Of a stretch of 64,000 nucleotides of DNA, positions 41,531 to 51,633 are shown piece by piece. Made by a program: the position numbers and the translations under genes. Source of the stretch: Planctomycetota bacterium (GTDB lineage: Bacteria; Planctomycetota; UBA1135; UBA2386); contig OZ245006.1 in the NCBI GenBank assembly GCA_965223545.1, forward strand, positions 1,952,001 through 2,016,000, in the 5' to 3' direction. A model generated the notes under the pieces. That model worked only from the letters and a program-made list of their open reading frames with translations. It was not told where the DNA came from and made no database searches. How positions within the stretch are numbered: position 1 is the stretch's first letter; every line of letters begins with the position of its first letter.

Positions 41531-41705
41531 GCGCCCACGCCCCGCGGCAAGGGGACGGCCGAGGGGCGGTGAATCTCCCGGAGCGCATGCACGGTCTGCG
41601 GTATGATGCCCGACGGCACACCTCGGCGCCACTCGGCGGACCAAGGCACGGTCCATCGGAATCCGCGCCCGGACCTCTATCCCCTTCGAACGACCGCAGA
41701 CTCTC

Positions 41706-42917
41706 ATGCACAAGCTCGTAACGGCCGTCCTTCCCGTGGTGCTGTCGCCCGCGCTGATCGCGCAGGTGCAAGGCTACCAGGGACCGATCCCCGAACTCGG
41801 CGTCAACAACACGTTCCGCGTCGTGTCGACCGGCACCAACCCGGTGACCGGTGCGAACTACCCGGCGGCGGGCACGACTCCACCGGGCTTCGTCGCGGCC
41901 CCCGGCGTCCCGGCGGGCACCCGCGCCTGGACCCATACGCCGCAGCTGCGCGCCCAGGCCGGCGCCACCGTCGGCCACTACATCACCATCCAGGGCATGA
42001 CGCAGGCGATCTTCGCCGGCTCCGCGGTGACCACCTTTCCAGCGCCCAACCACTATCAGTTCCGCTGCGGCATCGCGCCCACGCAGGACCCCGGCCTGCC
42101 GTACATGCTGGAGCACGCGACCACCGGCGCCGACATCTTCTCGATCGCCGACGCCTCGCTGGCCGTCAACGCCAACGGCATCGTCGAGCACTTCGTCACG
42201 GTGACCACGCCGGTGCAGCTGGCGGCGCAGACCGAGTGGCTGTTCTACGTCGAGTACCGCGGCGGTGAGTGGCGCGACGACCCGAACGGCGGGCAGACCA
42301 TCGCCGCCGACTGGCAGGGCATCCCCGGACCGGCGCGCCAGCGCTTCGCCGGATGGGCGCTCGGCTCCAACCCGCGCACCTTGCAGCAGTGGGGCACGCA
42401 GAGCTACCGGCCCAAGATCGGCCTGCTGGTCGACGAGCCGGTGTTCACCATGACCGGCAACTACGCCAACGCGTTCGAGAACCCGCCGCTGGCGGGCGAG
42501 GAGGGGCGCGGGGTGTCGGCGGCGCGCGCCTACTTCAGCGGCAGCGGCGTGGCGCCTCCGGTGCAGCCCAACATGTTCTTCAACATCCGCGCCGGCCAGA
42601 ACTACGGCTCGACCGGCGTCGGCGTGGTGTTCTTGAACGTCGGCACCAGCTGGTTCCCGGCCTCGATCCCGATCGGCAGCTTCGGCAACCTGCTGCTCAA
42701 CCCGGCGGACCCCGCACTCGGCGTGATCAGCTTCCTGCCGCTCGTGCTGCAGGCCAACGGCATCTACCAGGGCGACTCGATGCCCTCGCAGCAGTTCAAC
42801 GTGCCGGCGCTCGGCCGCTCGTCGCGCAACATGATCATCAAGGCGCAGGGAATCGTGTTCAACTCGGGCTTCGCCAACGCCCAGTTCACCACCGCCTCGG
42901 GCCTCATCATCGAGTAA
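41706..42917 (+). CDS. Exported hypothetical protein with a divergent shared C-terminal module
   Basis: Signal ending LIAQ, beta-rich body, C-terminal 'FGNLLLNP...FNVPA...KAQG...TTASG'. Confidence 0.75.
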   Translation: MHKLVTAVLPVVLSPALIAQVQGYQGPIPELGVNNTFRVVSTGTNPVTGANYPAAGTTPPGFVAAPGVPAGTRAWTHTPQLRAQAGATVGHYITIQGMTQAIFAGSAVTTFPAPNHYQFRCGIAPTQDPGLPYMLEHATTGADIFSIADASLAVNANGIVEHFVTVTTPVQLAAQTEWLFYVEYRGGEWRDDPNGGQTIAADWQGIPGPARQRFAGWALGSNPRTLQQWGTQSYRPKIGLLVDEPVFTMTGNYANAFENPPLAGEEGRGVSAARAYFSGSGVAPPVQPNMFFNIRAGQNYGSTGVGVVFLNVGTSWFPASIPIGSFGNLLLNPADPALGVISFLPLVLQANGIYQGDSMPSQQFNVPALGRSSRNMIIKAQGIVFNSGFANAQFTTASGLIIE

Positions 42918-42921
42918 GCGG

Positions 42922-43485
42922 ATGAGCGCGCGGCGAACGACGGCCATCGTCGCGGCGTGCGCCGCGACGGCGGCGGCGCTGGTCTGGTGGCCAGGCGCCG
43001 GGGACGCACCCCCTCGCGCCGCGACCGACGTTCTCGCCGACCACCCCCCGGCGCCGACCACGGCGGCGATGACCGGCCAGTGGCTGCCGCGACGCGCCGA
43101 ACCCGTCGCCTTCCTCACCGACCGCAAGAGTGATCGCCCCCACCACCGCAAGTCGGGCTACCCGCCCGGCACCCGGATCGAGGTGCGCGACCTGCCGAAA
43201 GTGCGCGACGGGATCTTCCTCCCCGACGGCACGGTGCTGCCGTACCTCAACGGTATGACGTGGGCACCGGCCGTGCAGCGCGGCCCGCAGTTCGGCCCGT
43301 TCCCGCCGGTCGTCGCTCTGGTCGTCGACTACGAGGGCTTCGAGTGGTGGGAGCACGCCGACGGCTCGACGACGACGACGCGCTACAAGGAAGTCACCGC
43401 GCACGGCGAGACCTACTGGGATCCGGGCGCGGAGCACGCGGCGACCGTGCCCAGCAGGTTGGTGCGCATCGCACCACAATCCTGA
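42922..43485 (+). CDS. Hypothetical protein with N-terminal anchor
   Basis: Starts 5 nt after the previous stop; hydrophobic N-terminus; protein-like composition. Confidence 0.6.
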   Translation: MSARRTTAIVAACAATAAALVWWPGAGDAPPRAATDVLADHPPAPTTAAMTGQWLPRRAEPVAFLTDRKSDRPHHRKSGYPPGTRIEVRDLPKVRDGIFLPDGTVLPYLNGMTWAPAVQRGPQFGPFPPVVALVVDYEGFEWWEHADGSTTTTRYKEVTAHGETYWDPGAEHAATVPSRLVRIAPQS

Positions 43486-43529
43486 CACTCGCGGGTGGGG
43501 CCGGCGCGGCTGCGCCGCAGCCACCCCAT

Positions 43530-46028
43530 TCAAGGCGCGAACGAGATCACTTGACGCCCGCTCGGCGTCGGGGTCAGCGCCGCGCGTTGCCGCTCGAGGC
43601 CCCCTTCGAGGAGCACGGCGAACGCCGCCGCCGCCGGCGCGGTAAACCAGCCGGTGGAGCCACCGCGGAGCGGCACGTCGCGCCAGCTGCGGCGCCGGTC
43701 GCCCTCGAAGCTCTGCGCGCCGACTGCTTCCCCCGCTGCGGTCAACAGCCGCACGGCGTCACCGACCACGGGCGAATCGACGCGCAGCATGGTGCGCCGG
43801 TCGACCTGCACCTCGAGTGGTAGCGCGCGCTGCGCGAGCTCCCTGATCGCGGTCAGCACACCCGCGCCATCGACGCGCACGGCGTTCGCGTCTGGCGGCA
43901 CCCCGAGCAGCTCGAATCCTCCATCGGCACCGGTCCGCGCCACGTCGCCGAGCTCGAGCCGCCGCCAGAACGGCGATCCATCGCGGGCCAAGGCAAACAC
44001 GGTGCGCTGCGCGCGCACCCTGGCGCCAGCGACCGGCGCGCCGCGCTGATCGACGACCCGGCCACGCACGGGCGGCAACGCGGCGGGAGCGATCAACGCG
44101 ATCGAAACGTCGCGCGCCCCGGCGGCGATCCCGTCGCGCCGCACGATCGGCCCCGCCCCCGGCCACCGCGCCGCCAACCGGTAGGCACGATCCTCGAGTC
44201 CCTCGAGCGCGAAGCGGCCGTCCACTCCGGTGATCACCGGGCGCCACAGCACGGCGCCACCGCCGGCAATCGCGTTCTCCACCACCAACGGCTGGGCCGG
44301 CGTGGGTTCGGCCAGCGCGGCTTCGCCACAGCGTTCGAGCGATTCGTCGGCACGCCCGACGGTCGCCCAAGCCACCGTGGGATCGTCGATCCAGACCTCG
44401 GCGCCGACCGCGGGCCGACCGGAGGCATCGACGACCTGGCCCTCGATCCGGCGCGGAGCGGGGCCGAGCTCCAGGACCAGCGCCTCGCCCGCCGTCGGCC
44501 GCGAAGAGAACGCGGCGCGCGCCGGCTGGTGACCAGCCCCGACCGCGGTGAGCTCCACTGGGCCCGCGCGCCACGGCAGCGCGAACGACCCAGTGCGTCC
44601 GGTGCGGGTGATGTGCGTTCCGTCGGTGACACGCGCGCCCGCCACCGGTTGCCCGGACGAATCGACCACCGCGCCGGCGACCGCCGGCCCGCCGGCCGAC
44701 AGCGAACGCAGCTCGATCAGGGGCGGCACGTCGACCGCCGCGAAGCGGCGCGTCTCGTGGCCATCGGCCCACACCTGCACGACGACACCCTCGCACCGTG
44801 GCACCGCCGCGAGAGAGAACCGACCGTCGGCGCCGGTGAGCACGCGCGGTCGCCGCGCTCGCGGGTCGTGCAGGGGCGCGGGCAGGCCGGCTTGCAGGCT
44901 GGCGGGCAGCACGACCTCGACGAGGGCGTCAGACACGGGCTCGCCGCCGAGCGCGACGACGGTGCCCTCCACAGCGCGCCGCTCGGCGACGACCAGCGTC
45001 ACCTCGACCAGGTTGGCCGAGAGCGTCCGCCGATCGACCCAGAGCGCGGTGTGATTCGGCCCGGGCCGGATCGCGGTCAGCCGCGGATCGGCGGCTTCGA
45101 GCTCGAATCGACCATCGCCGTCGGTGAACGCGATCGCGGTGGCGACGCCACTGTTCGCCGGGGCGCGGACCAACGTCGACACCGGCTGCCCGCGCAGATC
45201 GATGACGCGGCCGGCGACGCGCACGGCAGTCGGGTCCAACGCTTCGACCACCACGTCGTGCGCGCTACCCGCCAGCGCCGCGCGCGCCGGCGCAGCCGGC
45301 GCCGCCGCTGGCGCCACGGCGGGCGCCACGGCGGGCGCCGGCAAAGCAGTCGCAATGGCTCGCCCGCGTTGCACTGCGCCTGCCGGTCGGCTGGCCAGCA
45401 TCCACCACGCGCCGGCAGCGGCCAACAGCACCACGGCCGCGCCGGCGACGACGGCCACGCCGACCGCGGGCGCCGCGGTCGAGACGCGCCCGGCGGAATC
45501 CGCCGCGAGCCAGGCGCCGATGGCGGTGGCCCAGGGTTCCCGCTGTCCACCGTGCCTGCGGTCGAGCTCGCCGCGAAGCCGCACCAGTCCGCGCTGCAGC
45601 CTCGTCTTGACCGTAGCCACGGGGATCTGCTCTCGGGCGGCGATCTCGCTCGGCGTCCAGCCCTCGTAGTAGCGCCACAAGAGGACTTGCCGGTAGGGCG
45701 CCGGGAGAGCCTGCACCGCCTCGGTGACCTGCCGCCGCACCGAATCGGCCAGCACCGCGTCGAACGTCGATGGGCTGTGGTCGTCGCACGCCGCCTCCAC
45801 CTCCCGGTGACGCCGGCGCCGCTCGCGGCGCCGCTGCAACCAGAGCTGGTTGCGCAGCACCTTTCCCAGCCATGCCCGCGGCGCGCGCAGCTCGGCGTCG
45901 GGACTGGTCAGCGCCGCCAGGTAGGCCTCCTGCGCGAGGTCGTCGGCCTGCTCGGGGTCGCGCACCAGCTGCTGGGCCAAGGCCCGCACCCACGACACCT
46001 CACCGATCAACGCTCGAGCGTCCGCCAT
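43530..46028 (-). CDS. ECF sigma-70 factor fused through a TM helix to carboxypeptidase-regulatory-like repeats
   Basis: Sigma2 'ADDLAQEA...RAWL', sigma4 'LPAPYRQVLLWRYYEG.T..EIA.....PVATVKTRLQR', TM, then repeated 'G.VVD..G.PVAGA.V...TG.DGRF'. Confidence 0.9.
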   Translation of the reverse strand: MADARALIGEVSWVRALAQQLVRDPEQADDLAQEAYLAALTSPDAELRAPRAWLGKVLRNQLWLQRRRERRRRHREVEAACDDHSPSTFDAVLADSVRRQVTEAVQALPAPYRQVLLWRYYEGWTPSEIAAREQIPVATVKTRLQRGLVRLRGELDRRHGGQREPWATAIGAWLAADSAGRVSTAAPAVGVAVVAGAAVVLLAAAGAWWMLASRPAGAVQRGRAIATALPAPAVAPAVAPAAAPAAPARAALAGSAHDVVVEALDPTAVRVAGRVIDLRGQPVSTLVRAPANSGVATAIAFTDGDGRFELEAADPRLTAIRPGPNHTALWVDRRTLSANLVEVTLVVAERRAVEGTVVALGGEPVSDALVEVVLPASLQAGLPAPLHDPRARRPRVLTGADGRFSLAAVPRCEGVVVQVWADGHETRRFAAVDVPPLIELRSLSAGGPAVAGAVVDSSGQPVAGARVTDGTHITRTGRTGSFALPWRAGPVELTAVGAGHQPARAAFSSRPTAGEALVLELGPAPRRIEGQVVDASGRPAVGAEVWIDDPTVAWATVGRADESLERCGEAALAEPTPAQPLVVENAIAGGGAVLWRPVITGVDGRFALEGLEDRAYRLAARWPGAGPIVRRDGIAAGARDVSIALIAPAALPPVRGRVVDQRGAPVAGARVRAQRTVFALARDGSPFWRRLELGDVARTGADGGFELLGVPPDANAVRVDGAGVLTAIRELAQRALPLEVQVDRRTMLRVDSPVVGDAVRLLTAAGEAVGAQSFEGDRRRSWRDVPLRGGSTGWFTAPAAAAFAVLLEGGLERQRAALTPTPSGRQVISFAP

Positions 46029-46299
46029 GCCTTTTTCGCTGCCAGTTGCACGTGTTCCACAAGGCCTCGTTGTCGCCGGCGAGTCTCGGGACTCCGAAAT
46101 CCGGCAGATCCGCGGCGCACCCGGGCAATGCCATCATCGCGAATGGAACGCCGGCGAGGCCGCCCAGACCACGGAACAACGCCCGGACCATGCTCCTCCA
46201 CGCGCACTTCCGGCGACGCGCCGCGAGAAAGAGGTCAGAATCGGCGAGTCCCCAGCCGACTGAGCGGCAACCCGGTCGATTGCACGGAGCCGCCGACGC

Positions 46300-47445
46300 A
46301 TGCCAAACCCCGCCGTTCGAATCAGCATGGCCGCGTGCCTGGCGGCGGCCCCGGTGTCGGCCATCCCGCAGGCCGCCACCCCAGGGGCCGCAGCCCCACG
46401 AACCAGCGACAACCAGGCCGCACCCGCGACCTGGTACAGCTCCGGATTCGACGCGGCCGTCCAGGTGGCGACCCGCGCCGGCGCGCCGCTGCTCGGCTAC
46501 TTCTGGATGCCCGACAGCCAGCACTGCGCCAACCTGTGGAGCGAGACGTTGGACGGACCGGCGGCCGCGGCTCGCCTGAGCGGGCTCACCTGCTTCAGCG
46601 CCGACGTCACCACCGGCGAAGGGCACGCCCTGGCCCAGCGCTTCGGCGTGCGGTCGCTGCCGGCGGTGCTCTTGTTCGACCGCGCGGGCCGCCCCGACGA
46701 GGCCATCTGGGGCCACGTACCGACCGCCGAGTTCGACCGCCGGCTGGCGCTGGCGCAGGCCGGTACGGGCACGGTGTCGGCGCTGCGCGAACGCGCCTCG
46801 GGCGCCCCCGACGATCTCGACCTGCGCTTCACGCTGGCCGCCAAGCTGCTCGACGTCGGCGACCGCGACGGCGGCCAGCTGTTGTTCGACTCGATCCGCA
46901 CGGCCGATCCGAACGGCGCGACCATTGGTGGAGCCCGCCTGCTGCTGCGCGACGCCACCGACGCGGCCCAGGCCACGCTCAGCGCCGCGCCCGACCCCGC
47001 CGCGGTGGACCTGCAGCACGTCTACGCGGTGGTCGAGTCCCTGCGCCACGACGTGGTCGCGTTCGCCGGCTGGAGCTGGCTGGCTCAGACCGAAGAGCAG
47101 CGCGGCGACGGCGCCGCGGCGCGGCGCGCGCTCGACCGCGGCTGGGAGCGCGCCGGCGACCCGCCGCCGCCGCTCTGGCCCGCGCAGGTCGCCGACACCT
47201 ACTGGCGCACGCGCGCCGATCTCGGCGACGACGAGGCGCACTCCCTGTTGCAGCGCGTGGCACGGGCCGTGGCCGACCATCCGGCGACAGCGGCCAAGGA
47301 ACGCGCGCTCCAGCTCGTGGCCTGGGCGCGCGCGCACGCACTCACCGGCGACCGTGGCGAGGCCCGCCGGCTGGCGGACGCCGCGCTCGAGCTCGCGCCA
47401 GGGGATCCCGAGCTGCGCGAGGCGGCAACCGCATTAGTGCAGTGA
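46300..47445 (+). CDS. Exported thioredoxin-like plus TPR-like protein
   Basis: Signal peptide, Trx fold 'PLLGYFW..DSQHC..L...FGVRSLP.VLLFD..G', helical C-terminus. Confidence 0.7.
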   Translation: MPNPAVRISMAACLAAAPVSAIPQAATPGAAAPRTSDNQAAPATWYSSGFDAAVQVATRAGAPLLGYFWMPDSQHCANLWSETLDGPAAAARLSGLTCFSADVTTGEGHALAQRFGVRSLPAVLLFDRAGRPDEAIWGHVPTAEFDRRLALAQAGTGTVSALRERASGAPDDLDLRFTLAAKLLDVGDRDGGQLLFDSIRTADPNGATIGGARLLLRDATDAAQATLSAAPDPAAVDLQHVYAVVESLRHDVVAFAGWSWLAQTEEQRGDGAAARRALDRGWERAGDPPPPLWPAQVADTYWRTRADLGDDEAHSLLQRVARAVADHPATAAKERALQLVAWARAHALTGDRGEARRLADAALELAPGDPELREAATALVQ

Positions 47446-50004
47446 CCCACGCGGCGCCGTGGCACGGCGCCGCCAACGCATCGCGACGAACTCGACCAAC
47501 ACGACGAGCAACACCGCGAGCAGAGCGATGCCCGCCAGGTCAGCGGCGATGCTCGTCGAGGTGCTCACCTGGGCCGCCGGCGACGGCCGGTAGTCTTCGA
47601 GTGGAGTGAGGTCGCCACCGGCGCAGGCCGCCAGCCACTCGCGCTCCGCGCGGCGGGGTGCCGGTGGGGTGAGCACCCGGTCCGCGAGGAGATCGCGCAC
47701 CGGCGCGGCCTGCGGCGGCTGCAGCGCGCTGACCCACTGCGCCAGCCAGGCCGGGAACTCGGCCGCCGCGCGCCACCGGCTCCCCCAACCGTCGGTCAAC
47801 CCAGAGGTCCACACGAAGACCCGGCCGAGGCCGCGGTTGGCCAACGCGAGCAGTGGAACCCCCTCGTCCGCGCGGCGCGCCACCAGCAGGACCCGGGCGT
47901 CGGCGCGGGCGGCGACATCGGCGACGCCGCCGACCGGCGGCAGCTCGACGACCCTGGGCTCGAGCAAGGGCGACGCCTCGGCCACCGCCAAGACCGGCAA
48001 CCACTGCTGTTCCGGTGGCGCCTCGTCCGCTGGCGTGGGCTCCGGCTCCGGCGGCGGCTCCGGCTCGGGCGGAGACGGCTCGGGTGACGGCGTGTCATCC
48101 GGCGGCGGCTCGTCGTCCGCCGGACCATCGCCGGCGCCGTCTCCGTCGCCGGTCGAACGGCCGACCCTGCCGAGCGCGGTCTCGACCTCGAGGCTCATGA
48201 GCCGCGGGATCTCCGCGGGGTTGACCGAACGGCGGAACACGCCACCGCCGAGCTCCGCGATGCGGCTGGGCTCGTAGGCGGTCACGTTCTCGTTGGCGAC
48301 GACCTGGATCACGCTCACCGTGATTCCGGCAGCGCGCGCCGCCGCGGCGGCGAACACCGCGTTCTCCGGGTCGTAGATGTCCCCGTCGGAGATCACCACG
48401 ATGTGCCGCACACCCGCGACGCCGGCCGGCAGCAGCGCAGTCGCCTTGTCGAGCGCGTCGCGCAGCAGAGTCGTCTCGGAGGTCGCCACCAGCCGACGCT
48501 CGAGGATCTCGCGGATCTCCGCCCGCCGCTCGGCCGGGGTCAGCGGCATCACCACCTGGCCGGTGAAGCCAAAGGTGACCGCCCCCACCGCATCGCCATC
48601 GCGCAGGCCCTCGGCGGTCAAGAGCGCACTCTCCCGCGCGTAGTCCATGGTGGTGAAGCCCTCTCGCGAGCGCTCCTGCATCGAACGCGAGCGGTCGACG
48701 ACCAACACGATCGCCACCGTGCGACGCTGGACTTCGACCTCTGGCCCGGGCACGGCGCGCGCGCCGCTGGTGTCGCCCTCCGCGGCGGCATCTCCCGCCG
48801 GCGGCGGAGGAGTTTCCTCGGCCGCGGCGGTCGGCGCTTCGCTCGACTGCGGCCGGGGCTCGCGCTCGGCGGGCGGGTCGGCGGGGGGCGGCAGCGGCGC
48901 GGACGACTCCGGCGCCGGCGACGCATCGTCCGGCGACACCGCCGCACTGCCGTCGCCGCCGGGCCCCACCGCGGGTGGGCGGGCGACCGCGCGGACGTGC
49001 ACCGGCAACAGCTCGTGCAACGGCGCTCCCGGCTCGACCAACGCACCGCCGCGCTCGCCACCGACCACCAACAGGCCGCCGCCTCGGTCGACCCAGTCGG
49101 CGAGGGCGGCCTGCTCCTCGGCGCCGATCGGATCGAGCAGCACCAGCGCGGCGACGTCGTCGCCGGGCGGCACCTCGACGCGCGGCGCGGCGTCGACCGC
49201 CAAGCCCTGGACGCGCAGGGCCGCGGCCACCACCTCGCCATCGACACCGATCACCCGCACGCGCTTCCCGGGCACCGCGACGACCGAGGCAGCCATCGTC
49301 AGCGCGTTGTCCGCGGTCTCGACGACGACCGCGATCGAGTGCTCACCCTCGACCTCCGGCGTCCAATCGAAACGCTGCCGCCCGTCGCGGCGCAGGACTC
49401 CGGCGTCGAGCGCGGCGCGGTGCACAGCTCGCTCACCGACCCGGATCTCCAGTGCGCCGCCCTCGACCGGCGCCGCGCGCGGCAGCACGATCTCGAGCGC
49501 CGCCGGCCGGTGCACTGCGGTGGCCCCCAGCGCGTACAACGCGCAGTCGCCGGGCTCGACCGGTGGCGGTCCGGCGATGGTGAGGGCGGCATCGGCCCGT
49601 CGCGCCGGCGAGCCGAGCGGCGCGAACCGCCCATTCCACACCGCCAGCACGATGCGCCGGCGACCCGCCGGCACCGGCAACAGCGCGGCCTCGGCCAGTC
49701 GCTCGCCGACCGGCGCGCTCCCGGCGATGTCCCGCCACGTGGTCCGCGCGTCCGCCCGCGCCGTGCCGGACACCCCGGGCTCCGCTGCGGGCATCGACAA
49801 TGACACCGCCCCGTCGGTCGGCACGACGACCAACTCGACCCCCTGTGCACGCCGCCACTCGACCCGTGGATCGGAGACCGCGTAACACAGCAGTGCCACC
49901 GCCACGGCGGCCGCAACGCGCGCCACCGCCGGGCCGGAACGCCGGCGCGACAGCCCGATCGCCGCCACCACGGCCGCGGTCATGGCCAGCGCCCCGCTCA
50001 GCAC
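47434..50004 (-). CDS. Membrane-anchored VWA-domain protein with glutamine-amidotransferase-like segments
   Basis: MIDAS 'VVDRSRSM...ISDG', 'WVDRGGGLLVVGG..LLPV', 'RGLGRV....DGWG..W', terminal TMs. Confidence 0.8.
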   Translation of the reverse strand: MLSGALAMTAAVVAAIGLSRRRSGPAVARVAAAVAVALLCYAVSDPRVEWRRAQGVELVVVPTDGAVSLSMPAAEPGVSGTARADARTTWRDIAGSAPVGERLAEAALLPVPAGRRRIVLAVWNGRFAPLGSPARRADAALTIAGPPPVEPGDCALYALGATAVHRPAALEIVLPRAAPVEGGALEIRVGERAVHRAALDAGVLRRDGRQRFDWTPEVEGEHSIAVVVETADNALTMAASVVAVPGKRVRVIGVDGEVVAAALRVQGLAVDAAPRVEVPPGDDVAALVLLDPIGAEEQAALADWVDRGGGLLVVGGERGGALVEPGAPLHELLPVHVRAVARPPAVGPGGDGSAAVSPDDASPAPESSAPLPPPADPPAEREPRPQSSEAPTAAAEETPPPPAGDAAAEGDTSGARAVPGPEVEVQRRTVAIVLVVDRSRSMQERSREGFTTMDYARESALLTAEGLRDGDAVGAVTFGFTGQVVMPLTPAERRAEIREILERRLVATSETTLLRDALDKATALLPAGVAGVRHIVVISDGDIYDPENAVFAAAAARAAGITVSVIQVVANENVTAYEPSRIAELGGGVFRRSVNPAEIPRLMSLEVETALGRVGRSTGDGDGAGDGPADDEPPPDDTPSPEPSPPEPEPPPEPEPTPADEAPPEQQWLPVLAVAEASPLLEPRVVELPPVGGVADVAARADARVLLVARRADEGVPLLALANRGLGRVFVWTSGLTDGWGSRWRAAAEFPAWLAQWVSALQPPQAAPVRDLLADRVLTPPAPRRAEREWLAACAGGDLTPLEDYRPSPAAQVSTSTSIAADLAGIALLAVLLVVLVEFVAMRWRRRATAPRGSLH

Positions 50005-50009
50005 CGGGA

Positions 50010-50210
50010 CCTCAGCGCGGCCGGGGCCGCAACGAAAGACCGAGCACGCCGCGACAGTAGCGGAGCCCGCAGTTCCAGCGGTGCGGGACGGCCGCGCTGA
50101 GCGCAGACGCCAGTGTTGCTTTCGAGCGTCCGGGAGTTGCGGTATCGAAGTTCCGACGACAACCGGCCTTCGGAAGGGTTGTCGCCTCCCGAAGATTCTC
50201 GGCCCCGGAC
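50010..50210 (-). repeat. 201-bp structured intergenic element, copy B
   Basis: Inverted copy of 37690-37890. Confidence 0.9.
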
Positions 50211-50212
50211 AC

Positions 50213-51433
50213 TCACGGTAGGAACACCGGCATCAACCAATCGACGCGGTCGCCCAAGAACCAGCCCTCGCCGAAGTCGGCGCGCAGGATCACGCGGCTG
50301 CCCGGGCGCACGGTGATGGCACCGAGGCTGCGCGGCAGCTGACCGACGCGCACCGGGGCGGGGCCGAAGACCACTTCGCCATCGACCTCGACCGACACCG
50401 AGGCGCTGGCGCGCAGGCCGGTGCGCTGTGCCGAGTCGTCGATCCCGACCGCTCCCACCAGGCGATGGAAACCCGGCGGCACCTCATAGGTCAAGGCACA
50501 GCGGGCATGGACCCCGAGCCCCGTCGCGCTGGCAATGCCGCCCGCGACCAACAAGCCGCCGGTCGCCGCCCGATCGATGCGGAACGGATAGAGCGGCGCT
50601 CGCGCATCCTCGAACTCCGCGCCGCGCTCTTCGACCTCGACCGGAGCCAACGCCGACAGCGGCTGCCGCGTCGCCGGCATGAGCGTGAGCGCGCTGACCT
50701 CCGCCAGCGGCAGCGCGCGTTCTCGCTCCTGCTCGTCGACGAACACGACGCGGTCCGGTGGCGATGCCGCGATCGTCCCCGAGATCAGGTCGCCGGCGCG
50801 GGTCACCAGCCGCACATCGCCGCGCCGCTCCGCCGCGCTGCCGGTGGCGAGGGCGACCCCCGCCAGCCGGTCGTAGCGGTAGAGACGCGGCCCGCGCCCC
50901 TGCTCCCATTCGAACACGATGCCGTCCTCGGTGAAGCGATGGATGCCGCCGAGCAGGGTCTCGTAGCCACGCTCGACCGGGCGAAACAAGGCTTCGCCGT
51001 TCGCGCGCTCGGGCAACACGAACGCATCCGCGCCGCGACCACGGGCGCCAGCGGCGAACACGGCGATGCGCAGCCGGTCGATCCACACCGGCACGGGCCC
51101 CAGGGACGGCGATTGCACGGTGAAGGTCTCGCCGACCTCGTCTCCGCCCGAGATCGCGCCGCGCAGCAGATCGCCGCCCACCAAGTGCACCTCGACCTCG
51201 CCGCGCGGAGCCGGGGCACCGAAGTGCACCGACAGCACGTCGGCAGCGGCCAGAGTCCGGTTGCCGTCCTCCGAGCGCAGTACCAACCCCGGCGTGGTGC
51301 CGGCGCGCCAGCCGCCGAAGCTGCCTTCGAGCCAACGGCCTTCCACCGTGAGCACGCGCACCTCCTGAGCCGGGAGCGCCGCGAGCGCGGCCCCCACCAC
51401 CCACAACCCCGACCACAGCGTCGATCGCATCAT
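50213..51433 (-). CDS. Exported NPCBM/NEW2-domain protein
   Basis: Signal ending LPAQ; C-terminal 'GLGVHA...LTY......GAVGIDD...VEVDG...DRVDW'. Confidence 0.8.
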   Translation of the reverse strand: MMRSTLWSGLWVVGAALAALPAQEVRVLTVEGRWLEGSFGGWRAGTTPGLVLRSEDGNRTLAAADVLSVHFGAPAPRGEVEVHLVGGDLLRGAISGGDEVGETFTVQSPSLGPVPVWIDRLRIAVFAAGARGRGADAFVLPERANGEALFRPVERGYETLLGGIHRFTEDGIVFEWEQGRGPRLYRYDRLAGVALATGSAAERRGDVRLVTRAGDLISGTIAASPPDRVVFVDEQERERALPLAEVSALTLMPATRQPLSALAPVEVEERGAEFEDARAPLYPFRIDRAATGGLLVAGGIASATGLGVHARCALTYEVPPGFHRLVGAVGIDDSAQRTGLRASASVSVEVDGEVVFGPAPVRVGQLPRSLGAITVRPGSRVILRADFGEGWFLGDRVDWLMPVFLP

Positions 51434-51617
51434 GTCAGTTTGTCATTCGGAAACGGTGCCGAACCATCGAGCCTGCCAGTTTGGCGCGGACGGCGAAGCG
51501 CCGCCGCCGGTGGTACCCGGATCGGCGCCTGCCCTCCCCGGGATCAACTCACACAAATCACTCATGAATCAGAGATTACGTCTAGCGAGCTGCGGTTGTG
51601 CGAAACGCGGCCAGCCC

Positions 51618-51633
51618 TGGCACCGGGTTTGCT
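51618..51633 (+). promoter_or_regulatory. Sigma-54 (-24/-12) promoter upstream of groL
   Basis: TGGCAC-CGGGT-TTGCT, near-consensus with exact GG-N10-GC spacing, about 75 nt upstream of the ATG. Confidence 0.6.

Noticed and set aside
50120..50160. tRNA T-arm-like sequence inside the 201-bp element
   Set aside because: No GTTCRA consensus, and no cloverleaf could be built.
50012..50212. 66-aa ORF spanning repeat copy B exactly
   Set aside because: The same frame has an in-frame TGA in copy A. In the frame that stays open in both copies, the differences are mostly non-synonymous.
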